DNA of 64,000 bases from IMG/VR virus record IMGVR_UViG_3300047666_001259, positions 1 to 64,000 of that record. The stretch is one strand, 5' to 3'. The DNA comes from a virus. The notes beneath the pieces were generated by a model. That model had not been told where the DNA came from and did not search any database. It worked only from the letters and a program-made list of their open reading frames with translations. Shown here piece after piece: positions 19,059 to 29,154 of the stretch (position 1 is its first letter; the number at the start of each line of letters is the position of its first letter). The translations under genes were made by a program, and so were the position numbers.

Positions 19059-19670
19059 ATGATGGACAATATTAGAAAAAATAAAACTTTGTTAGAGTAT
19101 GTTTCTGCTGAGGACAAGACTAGGCTTTACGGTAAGTCAAGCGAAAGAGTTCCTTTTAGTGTGGAGATGATGAAAGATGCTATAGAGCAGGGTAGAGAGG
19201 TTGGAGTGTTGTTTCAATCTAACAATTCTAAGTACAAAATGCCTGTGTCTAAATATCGTTTAATTCAACCTGTAGCTATGGGTAGAAATTCTAATGGTAG
19301 GATGGTTATTAGAGTTGTTCATGTTTTTGGTCAATCTGAAAAAGAGGCTAGGAGAACTGGTATAAGAAGTGCAGAGGCGGAGAATGAGTGGAGACTTTTA
19401 GGAGCCGATAACATTAAAGGAATGTGGTACACTGGCAGGTTTTATGCAGATTCAATTCCAAACTACAAATCTAATGATAGCATGATTGTTAGTCAATTAG
19501 CTTCTTATGATAGAAATAAAGCTAAATCATTTCAAGACCAATTAGTAGCTCAAGAAAAAGAGGATCAAGTTCAAGTTCAACCCCAAGAGGAGCCTCGACA
19601 GCCTGATCCAAATAAACTTCCCTTAAAGGAAAGAAAGAAATGGGTGAGAAGTTTGTTTAAGACTTTTTAA
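19059..19670 (+). CDS. WYL-like domain protein
   Basis: YRLIQPVAMG..NGRMVIR...GQS...EWRL..ADNI...TGRF...PNY..NDS. Confidence 0.55.
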   Translation: MMDNIRKNKTLLEYVSAEDKTRLYGKSSERVPFSVEMMKDAIEQGREVGVLFQSNNSKYKMPVSKYRLIQPVAMGRNSNGRMVIRVVHVFGQSEKEARRTGIRSAEAENEWRLLGADNIKGMWYTGRFYADSIPNYKSNDSMIVSQLASYDRNKAKSFQDQLVAQEKEDQVQVQPQEEPRQPDPNKLPLKERKKWVRSLFKTF

Positions 19671-20034
19671 CGATATCTGCATCAATGTCTCCTGAGACAT
19701 CATTACATCGAATCATTTTACCTGCAATATTTCCAGTAACATCTTTACAGGTTACATTATCTGAATCGATATTTCCTTCAACATTTTCACACTTTACATC
19801 GTGAGCTTTTACGTTTCCGTTAATATCTCCGTTAACTGTGGTTCTAGCGTATGAAGTCAATGCAGCTAGATCGCCTTTGAATTCAATTACTAATTTTACT
19901 TCTGGATAGTTTTTAATTGGCATGCCATTTACACTTATTCTGCTTCCGTTAGGATCAGAGTTAATAATTATGTTTTCTCCATCAACTTCGAATTCCTCTC
20001 CATTAATGATTAGTATGTTTTTTTCTTCATTCAT
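19657..20034 (-). CDS. Beta-helix repeat protein
   Basis: Repeated (V/I)xCxxVxGxI units. Confidence 0.65.
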   Translation of the reverse strand: MNEEKNILIINGEEFEVDGENIIINSDPNGSRISVNGMPIKNYPEVKLVIEFKGDLAALTSYARTTVNGDINGNVKAHDVKCENVEGNIDSDNVTCKDVTGNIAGKMIRCNDVSGDIDADIVKKS

Positions 20035-20608
20035 CTTTCACAAATTTTTTCACAATTTTTACAGCTCTCTCTTTTAATTTCCCGTAGTGAGGAGAATTAT
20101 GAGTTAAGAACTTTGTTTCTTTATGGTAGTTCTCTTGTAAATCTATATCGATAATTCTTAATGTATAGAGAGAAATTCCTCGCTTAATCTCAAAGAGGTG
20201 CTTCTTTTCTAAATAGCCATTAATTATTTCTCCTCTTTGATCTGGATTACTCCATTCGATGCCATTTGTTTTTGATTCAATTCTAACAAGGGCTTCCTGA
20301 ACTTGATGATTCCACCACGAATCTCTTTGAGCTTTACTTAGAGCCTTTCTCTTTTTTGATTTAGAAACATGCTTATCATCATCATCTCCTCTCTTTTTTC
20401 TTTCCTCTTCCTCTTTTTCTACCCTCTCTTCCTCTTCTCTAAGAACTATAGCATCTTCCAAAGCTTCCACGCCCTCCTGTAAAGCCTCAAACTCCTCTTC
20501 ATCTAAGTATTCATCTTCAATATCTAAAACCTCCTCCCGCATAAGAATAAGGTCAGCGACACTTAAGCCGTCAAAATTAAAACTTGATGGTGAGTTTTCT
20601 ATTTTCAT
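20027..20608 (-). CDS. Hypothetical acidic/coiled-coil protein
   Basis: 193 aa, coupled to the SbcDC gene. Confidence 0.7.
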   Translation of the reverse strand: MKIENSPSSFNFDGLSVADLILMREEVLDIEDEYLDEEEFEALQEGVEALEDAIVLREEEERVEKEEEERKKRGDDDDKHVSKSKKRKALSKAQRDSWWNHQVQEALVRIESKTNGIEWSNPDQRGEIINGYLEKKHLFEIKRGISLYTLRIIDIDLQENYHKETKFLTHNSPHYGKLKERAVKIVKKFVKDE

Positions 20609-23600
20609 CGAGTTACTAATTGTGTAATCCCAGCATTAGGATTGGTATTCAAGTCTTCTTCAGTAAGCTCTGTTCTATCTTTAAAAGCTTCGAAAATATA
20701 ATCGGCAGCATCTTTGATCTCATCAACGTGAGTAATAACCATCATGTTCTTATATTTCGTCTTTAAATATCTCAAAATACCTACCATCTCAGTTACGGTC
20801 TCTGGGTGCAGCGTGCCAAACCCTTCATCAATTAAAAATATAGAAGGTTTAACCACATAATTTCCTGAGATGTATCTGAAAGCATCTTTGATAGCTAAAG
20901 AAATTAGAAACTTTTGCGCTCCCGATCCACTTCCAGCAACTGGGAGCCTATCAAATTTGTTTTCCATAAAGTAAAAATATTCTTTAATATCACCTTTCTT
21001 ATCAATCTCAAGATCAACCTTATAGTTTGCCATGTGTCCAATAAGACTGTTTACTCTACTGTTCATCAACGGAAGTCTTTTTTTGATAATCATAGAAGGA
21101 ATACCATCTCTTTCGACAGCCTGAAGGTAAATTGAATATATTTTAAAATTCTTATCAGCTTCCTTAATTTTATTCAATACCACTTTACTTGTTTGAATAG
21201 TGTTTTCAAGCACACTAACGTCACCTATCATTCCATTAATTTGGTTGCTAATTGCATGAACAGCTAACTTGTACTGATCAATTGATTCCTCAATATCTGT
21301 AATGTACTTTTCAGTCTCAATATTCTTTTTCTTGTTTTCTTCGTTTTCATCGAAAACATCAAATTGGTTTTGAAAAACAGCTAAAGAATTCTTAAAGTTC
21401 TGTAAATCACCTTCAGAAGTCCTTAAATCTTTGTATTTACGGTCATACAGAGTGTTGTGTTCAATGATACTCTTTGACTTAGCAATCACATCCTTTTCTT
21501 TATTTAAAGAGTCTAATGCCCCCTCAAACTGCTTAATAGATGATATCAATAACGACAGTCTACTTTCTTTTTGATTCAAAAGATTGTTATGATTTTTATG
21601 ATCCTCCGCCTTTTCAATTAATTTCCTTTTCTCGTTAATGATTACATTCTTCTCTCCGATTAATATCTTTGTTGAACTCTCTGCTTTAGGTTTTGGTTCA
21701 GAAGTGGCATTATTACAAGTTGGACAAGGCTTTCCTTGAAATATAATTAAATCATTCTGAAGAGAAATAACTTCCGATTGAACTTCCATTATAACTTTAG
21801 AAGCACCTGAATCATCTATAACCTCTTTCCTTGGGTTCGATTCAATCCAAATTTTTAATTCTCCTTTCTCTGTTTGAGAAGAGTCTAAGAGTGATTGGTT
21901 TTTATCTATTTCAGACGAAACTGAGTCAATTGTCTTTGTTGAATCAAACGGTAATTCTCTTTTTGGATTGATATCGACCCAACCTTGAAGTTCATTCTTA
22001 ATTTTGGTTACACGATCTACCTTTTCAGTAATATCAGAAATCTTTTTTTCAATCTCTTCCTTATTCTCAAATGGAAGAATTTGAACCTTTTCTAATTTAG
22101 ACGTTAAATTGATGATTTTCTTATTTTCATCTTCACGTCTAGTTTCGTTCATTTTCTTTTCCTTCCCTAAAGAATCAAGTGTAATTCTTTTTGCTTTTAA
22201 TTCTTCTTCTTTAGTGGCAATTTCCTGTTCAATTTCTACCGCCTTACCAAGATCACTGTAGCTTTTCTTAAAAACGTTAATTTTCTTTCTGGCGTAAGCG
22301 ACTCTTTGCTTGAAAGGATCAAGTCCATTGTATTTCCAAAACAAAGAATTCTTATCTTGCTGACTTAGGTTGATGTAATCATCCTCCGAACCATGTATGT
22401 GAAGAGAGTTGATGGAAAAATCTTCATAAGAACCAATAGCTTCTTCAATCTGCTTCTTAACTTCTTTTTGCTCAGAAGTACCGCTGTCTGATTTCACTGG
22501 AACCCATTTTTCCTCGATAACCCCTTCCGTATCAACTTCTTTCCATATTTCAAATTTCCTTCTGTAAGAATTTGATCCTTTTTCTTTTTGTTCTATCCTT
22601 CTTGAGATTCTGTGGAGAACCCCATTAATAAGAAGCTCGATTGAAACAAAACCTTTGTTTGATTCTGTGTATAGGTTTACGATTGTGTTGGAGTCCTTGT
22701 TGCCCGGCACGACTTCGAACATTCCCCAAATAATTGTTCTAATAAGGTTTGATTTACCAGAGTAATTTTTTCCAAAGATTCCCAATATTCCTTGGTATCT
22801 TTGAAGGTCAATCGTCAAAGCTTTCTCAGGAAAAGAAAATAGATTTGAAAATGTAATTTTAAGAGGCTCAATATTCGTCCTATTCCGAGAGTCTTTTGTT
22901 TCGTCAATTTCTAATTCAGAATTATCAATGTCTGAAGCCAACTTAATTATATTCTTTTTCTCCTCATCGCTAATATCACCTTCAGTTTGGTCTAGCCATT
23001 CTTCAAGTAAATCAAGAAACAATAAAGACTCCCCCTCTTCAACTTCCTTTCCGTCTAATACATCGATTTCTTCTTTCTCAATTGCTTCAAATGATATATT
23101 GATTTCTTTACATCCGTATTGATTTCTAATCAGATCACGAATATACCTTTCTCTCTCTAGGGAATAATTCTCTTGATAGTCCTCATAGACTATACTGATT
23201 TTTGTTTTCTTTTTATCGTTTGAGAAATTAAGATTTTCAACTCTTTCTTCAATAGACTCTCCACGAGAGATGTTTAATTTAGCAAAACCCCAGTCGTTTA
23301 AAACATATCTTCTTTGGTGGGTAATGTTTTTCTTATTCGACAAATCCCACATCAAATACCCTTTATCGATTGACTCTCCGTAGTTATTTTGAATTAGTGA
23401 CCCACAGTAAGCAATAGTTTCATCCTCACGGAAGGTTTGATACTCATGGATGTCTCCCATCATAACAGCATCAAAATTCTTGAAAGTTTCCATATTGAAT
23501 CCATCATCTATTCTGATCTCGTACCCATTATCTCCAACAGAACCATAAAGAGTTCCGTGCCAAAAAGCAACGTAAGTTTTTCTAGCTTCAGGTGTTTCTA

Positions 23601-24069
23601 ATTTTAGAACTTCATTATCAACACAAGAATAAATCCCATAAACCAAATCTCTTCCTACATCAAAAAAGCCAGAGCTTGGGTAATAGTAGATTGAGTTCTT
23701 CCAGAAATCAACATCATCTTTATTCTCTTCCGTAACAGTGACTGCCTTCTCTCCAGCATCAAGCATTCTGGCTGTCTCTAAAATAGGAGCCATAATATCA
23801 CCTTGATCAAGGTTTTGTAAATTAAGGTCATGGTTTCCTAAAATTACATCAGTTGGTGCAATCTTGGAAAGTTCAGTTAGGAAACTAACCAAAAGGATGG
23901 ATGATTGTGGAGAGGTTTTGATTTTGTGGTGCATTAAATCACCACCAACGTATATTCTATCAGGTTTTTGATTCCTTAGGTCTTCGTAAAATCTTTCAAA
24001 TACATCTCTAAATTCATCATGTCTTGCACCAAATCGTATTTGGATGTCCGCAGTATGAGCTATCTTCAT
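20605..24069 (-). CDS. Fused Mre11/SbcD nuclease - Rad50/SbcC ATPase (gp47-gp46-like)
   Basis: ADIQ, GGDLMH, GNHD, HG, GDIH phosphoesterase motifs; Walker A GKNYSGKS; CPTC zinc hook in the coiled coil; SGAQK signature; IDEGFG Walker B; ITH. Confidence 0.92.
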   Translation of the reverse strand: MKIAHTADIQIRFGARHDEFRDVFERFYEDLRNQKPDRIYVGGDLMHHKIKTSPQSSILLVSFLTELSKIAPTDVILGNHDLNLQNLDQGDIMAPILETARMLDAGEKAVTVTEENKDDVDFWKNSIYYYPSSGFFDVGRDLVYGIYSCVDNEVLKLETPEARKTYVAFWHGTLYGSVGDNGYEIRIDDGFNMETFKNFDAVMMGDIHEYQTFREDETIAYCGSLIQNNYGESIDKGYLMWDLSNKKNITHQRRYVLNDWGFAKLNISRGESIEERVENLNFSNDKKKTKISIVYEDYQENYSLERERYIRDLIRNQYGCKEINISFEAIEKEEIDVLDGKEVEEGESLLFLDLLEEWLDQTEGDISDEEKKNIIKLASDIDNSELEIDETKDSRNRTNIEPLKITFSNLFSFPEKALTIDLQRYQGILGIFGKNYSGKSNLIRTIIWGMFEVVPGNKDSNTIVNLYTESNKGFVSIELLINGVLHRISRRIEQKEKGSNSYRRKFEIWKEVDTEGVIEEKWVPVKSDSGTSEQKEVKKQIEEAIGSYEDFSINSLHIHGSEDDYINLSQQDKNSLFWKYNGLDPFKQRVAYARKKINVFKKSYSDLGKAVEIEQEIATKEEELKAKRITLDSLGKEKKMNETRREDENKKIINLTSKLEKVQILPFENKEEIEKKISDITEKVDRVTKIKNELQGWVDINPKRELPFDSTKTIDSVSSEIDKNQSLLDSSQTEKGELKIWIESNPRKEVIDDSGASKVIMEVQSEVISLQNDLIIFQGKPCPTCNNATSEPKPKAESSTKILIGEKNVIINEKRKLIEKAEDHKNHNNLLNQKESRLSLLISSIKQFEGALDSLNKEKDVIAKSKSIIEHNTLYDRKYKDLRTSEGDLQNFKNSLAVFQNQFDVFDENEENKKKNIETEKYITDIEESIDQYKLAVHAISNQINGMIGDVSVLENTIQTSKVVLNKIKEADKNFKIYSIYLQAVERDGIPSMIIKKRLPLMNSRVNSLIGHMANYKVDLEIDKKGDIKEYFYFMENKFDRLPVAGSGSGAQKFLISLAIKDAFRYISGNYVVKPSIFLIDEGFGTLHPETVTEMVGILRYLKTKYKNMMVITHVDEIKDAADYIFEAFKDRTELTEEDLNTNPNAGITQLVTR

Positions 24070-24083
24070 TCTAAATTTTTATA

Positions 24084-24091
24084 CAAATATA
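24084..24091 (-). promoter_or_regulatory. Bacteroidota -7 element (TATATTTG)
   Basis: TAnnTTTG 14 nt upstream of the SbcDC ATG. Confidence 0.6.
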
Positions 24092-24099
24092 GGAAATTT

Positions 24100-24627
24100 T
24101 TAGCTCATTTGATCATCTAACATGACCAACATACATAAACCAACAGCATAACTGTCAGCCATATCGAAGTTTTCATCTAGGAGTTTCCTCGATCTTGGCC
24201 CGTATTTCCAATCAAGTTGTGGCTCTAATTGTGTTACTCTTTCCCAAACTAACATCTTTCCACTTTTGTCCTGACCACGCTTGATGAGACCCGGGAAGGC
24301 GGTTGCTCTAATCGTAAGTACATTCAAATGCACAGGCTCAATTCCAAAATAATTGTAAACCGCACTCGACACCATTCCGTTAAAGAAATTAAGTTTAGCA
24401 ATCGTTTGAGGATTTGACTTTCTTCCTTCAAATGACTGCAAAGGCTCTTCTATAGCAATATGCTCAATTCCTTTCATATGAGAAACTTCTTTCATGAAAG
24501 CATCTAATCTTTCCCAGTAATTTTTCTTGGAATTCATTTTTACATAACCAATCTCTGCCATTGTCCCTTCCGAGTCAAAAGTAGTGTATCCTATACAGGA
24601 GGTTGAAATATCTAGTGCTAATAACAT
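24100..24627 (-). CDS. RuvC-like Holliday junction resolvase
   Basis: LALDISTSCIG, IAIEE, DMADSYAVG. Confidence 0.85.
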   Translation of the reverse strand: MLLALDISTSCIGYTTFDSEGTMAEIGYVKMNSKKNYWERLDAFMKEVSHMKGIEHIAIEEPLQSFEGRKSNPQTIAKLNFFNGMVSSAVYNYFGIEPVHLNVLTIRATAFPGLIKRGQDKSGKMLVWERVTQLEPQLDWKYGPRSRKLLDENFDMADSYAVGLCMLVMLDDQMS

Positions 24628-24674
24628 AATCTTTAATTTTTAAGAATGTAGTTATTAGTTGGAAAAAATCAAAT

Positions 24675-24706
24675 AAAAAAGCCCCTTGATATAAGAGGCT
24701 TTTTTT
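24675..24706. terminator. Rho-independent terminator
   Basis: A6-GCCCCTT-gatat-AAGAGGC-T7, after the tail operon. Confidence 0.8.
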
Positions 24707-24723
24707 ATTCGAACCATTTCTGG

Positions 24724-25824
24724 TTATACGTCTAGTTTTAGTGTAAAAGTCAATAGACCTGTATAGCCTTTTGCTTTTGGTCTATCAAGTTTTGTGATAG
24801 CAACCAATTCATTATTTGTGTTATACAATCCAACTTCTGTTACATATGTTGTGTCAAAGTCGTTTGCTCCTTCTTGATAAGTGTTCAAGTTAGCATCGTA
24901 ATCCCAAGTTGGGTTGTTTGTAAAGAAAAACTCATTCGGAAGAGCAATGCAAACAACTGATGTCTGGTATGCAATATCGATACTGTAAAAGTTTACAGTT
25001 GATAGAGCTGAATCATCCCAGAATATATTTGTAACTCCTGAAGTTGAGTTTGCGCCTCCACCCGGGACAATCTTTCCTAGACCCCAAGGCATATTTGAAA
25101 CAATACTTGGGTGAGTAATCACCATCAAACCTTTATCTAAAGCTACAAAACCTACAGGGATATCATAATTATATCCTTGGTTTGTAGTGGTTGGATAGTT
25201 TTCAAATACAGTTGCTGCCAAATCAACATTAGTCCAAGCTCTTTGGTCTGTATTAATATCTACCGCTGCCAAGTCCTGATAAGATACAGCAGAAGGTCTG
25301 TCTAGGTAGTTTGTAGTATCCCAAGTCGAAACTGAGGATTTATTAATCACACCGCCATCTGTATAGCCTGAATAAGGTAGATTAATCCTATCACAGAATA
25401 GGAAAGTGATATTATTACCCAACAAAGGACTGTTCTGCTTTTTAGCAAAAGTCCCATAAGTACTAGAAACTAATGTTACAGAAGAAAAACTTGCACCACC
25501 GTTATTTTGTGGAACAACCCATGTAACTGACCTTCCGTCCATAATCTCATCATAAGATGTATTAGGAATAGCTGATATCAAGAATTGATCAACATTTAAT
25601 TGCTGCAATTCAGGAAAAGCCTGAGATAAAGTTGAGCCTGTCGGTAAAGTTGCTGAGGTCGCTGGCAAATTTACAGATTTGAAATAGTGTGTAAACCTTT
25701 CGTTTAGCTCAGTTCTGTCCACCAAGCTATAGACTAGCTCACTTGTAGTGACTGTCTTCAGTGTTCTTATTTCATTTCTTGTTGAAACAACACTTGAAAC
25801 TGGTTTTAAAAAATCGTTTGCCAT
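24724..25824 (-). CDS. Tail/baseplate structural protein with C-terminal tail-collar-like motif
   Basis: TYVTEVGLYN..NELVAITKLDRP..K....TFTLKLDV. Confidence 0.75.
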   Translation of the reverse strand: MANDFLKPVSSVVSTRNEIRTLKTVTTSELVYSLVDRTELNERFTHYFKSVNLPATSATLPTGSTLSQAFPELQQLNVDQFLISAIPNTSYDEIMDGRSVTWVVPQNNGGASFSSVTLVSSTYGTFAKKQNSPLLGNNITFLFCDRINLPYSGYTDGGVINKSSVSTWDTTNYLDRPSAVSYQDLAAVDINTDQRAWTNVDLAATVFENYPTTTNQGYNYDIPVGFVALDKGLMVITHPSIVSNMPWGLGKIVPGGGANSTSGVTNIFWDDSALSTVNFYSIDIAYQTSVVCIALPNEFFFTNNPTWDYDANLNTYQEGANDFDTTYVTEVGLYNTNNELVAITKLDRPKAKGYTGLLTFTLKLDV

Positions 25825-25853
25825 TTTATTCTAATTTATTTTTTTAACATTAT

Positions 25854-26447
25854 TTATCCCGCATTAGGAGCTTGGGTTCCTGTTCCTGTTCCTGTTCCTG
25901 TTCCTGTTTCAAGCCCAATTGGAACTTCAGTGTTATCAGTATCTGGCTCATTATCAATAATCCCTACATATGAAAAAGCAACTTTAAACATTCTTGAATT
26001 TTCTACTTGGTTGCTTTCTCTACCGTAAGCTGAAAAGGTTAAGTATCTTGTTCTAGCAGTTCCCGTAGTGTTAGGAGTTTGTCCGTTATCGATCCAGAGT
26101 TTAAGTGAATTAATATATGCGGTTGGAAGATTTGAAACATAATCTTTATAACCATCTACATAGCTTGAATCCTTTTTACAAAAAGTAACATAAAAAGTAC
26201 TGTCTTCATTCTGGGTAGTCTGAAAAGTGGTTGGTGGATGCAATTTCAAGAAATGCCCTCCTTCTCCCATGCTCTCTGTTAGGGGGATAATAATTTTATC
26301 ACCACCAACAAGAGTTGTGGTGTTTAAGTTCTGAGCAATAGGCCCGATCACGATGTGTGGTTCGGAAATTATCCCATTATCATAACCCGTGTAAACACGA
26401 ATTTTTCTATGCAGAATATTGTTTGGTGTTGCGTTTGGTGTTAGCAT
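25854..26447 (-). CDS. Putative structural protein with (GT)n tail
   Basis: Tail operon; ACAGGA tandem repeat encoding GTGTGTGTG. Confidence 0.65.
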   Translation of the reverse strand: MLTPNATPNNILHRKIRVYTGYDNGIISEPHIVIGPIAQNLNTTTLVGGDKIIIPLTESMGEGGHFLKLHPPTTFQTTQNEDSTFYVTFCKKDSSYVDGYKDYVSNLPTAYINSLKLWIDNGQTPNTTGTARTRYLTFSAYGRESNQVENSRMFKVAFSYVGIIDNEPDTDNTEVPIGLETGTGTGTGTGTQAPNAG

Positions 26448-26461
26448 TTTTTATCTTTTTA

Positions 26462-26971
26462 TTATCTTACTACTTGTTGGTTATTAGCAGACCCTCCATT
26501 ATTGGTTAACCCTCCATTTGGAGAGACAGGAACATTAGGAAGACCAGTTCCAGTTCCAGTTCCGCTTCCACTTCCAGTATCAGTTCCAGTTGGAAGCGCA
26601 CTTCCACCAAAATTAATATTGATTGATAACGTGTCGTCTGATACAAATGTACCTGTAACATCATAAGTCACAGCACTTGTAGCTAAATTATCAAAATTGC
26701 TATACAATAGCATTGAAGATTGCACGTAATCTACGGCAGACTTCAAACAACCTTCAGACTCTCCTGAGATATCTGGCACTTGACCCGGTAGTAGATTAAA
26801 ACCCACTGAATAATTGTGATCAGGATCACCTAAAGCGAACGATTTAATTTCAAATAAATCATTACCTTCCTCATCGAACCTGATATTTCCTTGGTTAAAT
26901 AGATACTTTCTACCTACCCCAGTGAGATAAGCAGTTCCTTGTATACTTGAACCTGATGTTACAAAACCCAT
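26462..26971 (-). CDS. Tail-collar-like N-terminal domain protein
   Basis: AYLTGVGRKYL...FEIKSFALGDPD.NY; Gly/Thr-rich tail; TATTTA at 26991-26996. Confidence 0.7.
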   Translation of the reverse strand: MGFVTSGSSIQGTAYLTGVGRKYLFNQGNIRFDEEGNDLFEIKSFALGDPDHNYSVGFNLLPGQVPDISGESEGCLKSAVDYVQSSMLLYSNFDNLATSAVTYDVTGTFVSDDTLSININFGGSALPTGTDTGSGSGTGTGTGLPNVPVSPNGGLTNNGGSANNQQVVR

Positions 26972-27004
26972 TTTCTTTTTTCTTTTTCTTTAAATAATAT
27001 CAAA

Positions 27005-29038
27005 TTAAAAATCCAATTCTAATTGATAAGTTAAATATCTAGCACTTGATTTAGGTAAAGGGTAGCTAGGTTTACCTATAGCAACCAATTGGTTGTCCCC
27101 ATTTAAAATTCCTATTTCACTAACATATGTTGTTTCATCTAGTGAATTATCAAATGTTTCGTTATTAGATGAATTTAATTCATTATCTGTTGCAATTAAA
27201 GTAATTACAGTTTTAAATACTGTAGCTCTAATCGCACACTCTACATTTCCTAAGAAAAATGTCTCATCTCCGTAATTTAAACCACCCGTTGCGGTATTCA
27301 TATTATCGGTAAAATAATCCCCTAAAGTATATGTTGATCCAGAATCATAATCTTCTTTTGAAACTATAAACTGATGTGCTTGTAGGTAAGTAGGGTCAAT
27401 TGTGTTATTACCAGTCTCTCCTGTGTAAATTCCGTTTCCTAAAACTCCGTCCGAAACAAGTTTCCATCCATCAGTAGGTACAGAATTTAAGTTTTCATAA
27501 GAAGATGTCTCCATTTCCTTTATTAATATCTGAACTTTATTTGAAGACCAGCCAGTTCCTGAGTAAGTAACAAATCCTGCCTCATTTCTTAAATAAGGAA
27601 ATGAACCAGCTGGAAAACTTACGTTTAAGTACTTTGACAATCCAACGCCATCAGTCTCCCCTTCAATCTTTTGAATATAATTACAGTGCATAGACTGCTC
27701 ATACCCTAAGGTTGCCCCAGAATTAGCAACCGTATCATTTTCTGTTCTATAAGAAATTAGATAGGTGTAATTTGATCTACAAAGTCCTGAAGAGTTTGAT
27801 GAAGTTAAAGGAGCTGCGGGAGAATCTACCAACCTAACGTTAGGTTTTGGAAGTGTCCAGTTCCTATTTGACTTATAACTCATTGCAGTTAAAAGTTCTG
27901 CATCAGTTATAACAAACATCTTCAGTTTGTGATAAACTCTACCTAGTGGGTTTGAAGTGTTTGAGGAGCCGTCATACAGAATTCTGTAAGATGTCCCTGC
28001 TACTGAATCATAATAATCTGTACTTGCTACATCTGAAAGCCTTAGGCCTGCTAGGACTCCTGTTCCCGGGTCATTATCGGCTTGATGCCAAAGCACATGA
28101 GGAATCTCCAACTTAACTGTTCCAGCAACCAGCTGTTCTGCATAAGTGTTTCCTGAACTTAGGTTTGTGTAATGAATAATTCCGATAGAACGGAAATTCT
28201 TCTCAAACCCTAAATATTGTTTCGTTCCATTGTATTCCAATGACCCGTAAGAAGTATAACCCGAAATTGAGTTTGTACTTCCAATCTCAGAAGATGTGCG
28301 AACAATATTCATGTTCCAAACTTTCGTTACCTTAGTAACTCCTGATCCCCAGTATTCTTCTACTTCTGTTTTTGGATAAACCCAATAAGGAATTTCTAAA
28401 GTTGACCCTGTTCCTAGTGTAGGGAGGTCTCGATCAACGAACATTGTTGTTCCAACTGTTTCAGTAACTCTGTACCATAAAGAAACAAATGGAGAATTAG
28501 ATAAAGAAGGAACATAGTCGTAAGTTCCCATACCTGCATACCATCTAATGTAAAGTAAATCTCCAACGTCAGCCACGTTTCCAGCTCGATCAGCCGCTAG
28601 TGCTTTTGAGGTTCCTGAAATAGTGTCATATGTAGTGTATCCCGTATGTTTATAGCTTGCGGAATCTAATTTAAACTGAGCAGATGTTACAGATGTTGCT
28701 GATGTTGTTCCAGCCTGTTGAGCTAGCCAAGCTCCGATGCTCTCTGTGTTTGCTGTTACAATGTTTCTACTTGAGAATACAGAAGCATCACCTAGCTGAT
28801 ATGCTGATGAACCATCAAAATTTGTTGACGGTAAAATAGGGTGATCATCTTTTGGAGCTAAAACTCTGTTTTCTGGAATGCAGAAAGCCGAGCTATTTCT
28901 AGCAACTCCATAATTTATCTCTCGATCTGAAAACACAGCCTTATTAAAAGTAAGACTACCAAGAGATAAAAGTCTCCTTCCAGTATCGGTCAATTTAACA
29001 TTTATAAAAGTCTGTGGCTCTTGCGGCAAGTAACTCAT
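27005..29038 (-). CDS. Tail/baseplate structural protein with both tail-collar N and C motifs
   Basis: KLTDTGRRLLSLGSL...SD.EINY and TYVSEIGILN..NQLVAIGK..LELDF. Confidence 0.75.
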   Translation of the reverse strand: MSYLPQEPQTFINVKLTDTGRRLLSLGSLTFNKAVFSDREINYGVARNSSAFCIPENRVLAPKDDHPILPSTNFDGSSAYQLGDASVFSSRNIVTANTESIGAWLAQQAGTTSATSVTSAQFKLDSASYKHTGYTTYDTISGTSKALAADRAGNVADVGDLLYIRWYAGMGTYDYVPSLSNSPFVSLWYRVTETVGTTMFVDRDLPTLGTGSTLEIPYWVYPKTEVEEYWGSGVTKVTKVWNMNIVRTSSEIGSTNSISGYTSYGSLEYNGTKQYLGFEKNFRSIGIIHYTNLSSGNTYAEQLVAGTVKLEIPHVLWHQADNDPGTGVLAGLRLSDVASTDYYDSVAGTSYRILYDGSSNTSNPLGRVYHKLKMFVITDAELLTAMSYKSNRNWTLPKPNVRLVDSPAAPLTSSNSSGLCRSNYTYLISYRTENDTVANSGATLGYEQSMHCNYIQKIEGETDGVGLSKYLNVSFPAGSFPYLRNEAGFVTYSGTGWSSNKVQILIKEMETSSYENLNSVPTDGWKLVSDGVLGNGIYTGETGNNTIDPTYLQAHQFIVSKEDYDSGSTYTLGDYFTDNMNTATGGLNYGDETFFLGNVECAIRATVFKTVITLIATDNELNSSNNETFDNSLDETTYVSEIGILNGDNQLVAIGKPSYPLPKSSARYLTYQLELDF

Positions 29039-29154
29039 TTCTTAACTTCTTTGATTTATTCTAAATAGAACTCAAAAAAAATAATACCTTTAATTTAAAA
29101 AGTAAAGGGTTTACTTTATTTTTGAGAATTATTTATACCAAAGAACTATTTCTT

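Noticed and set aside
25877-25907. ACAGGA hexamer tandem as a phase-variation tract
   Set aside because: The unit is in frame and encodes a Gly-Thr linker, so length changes would not switch expression.
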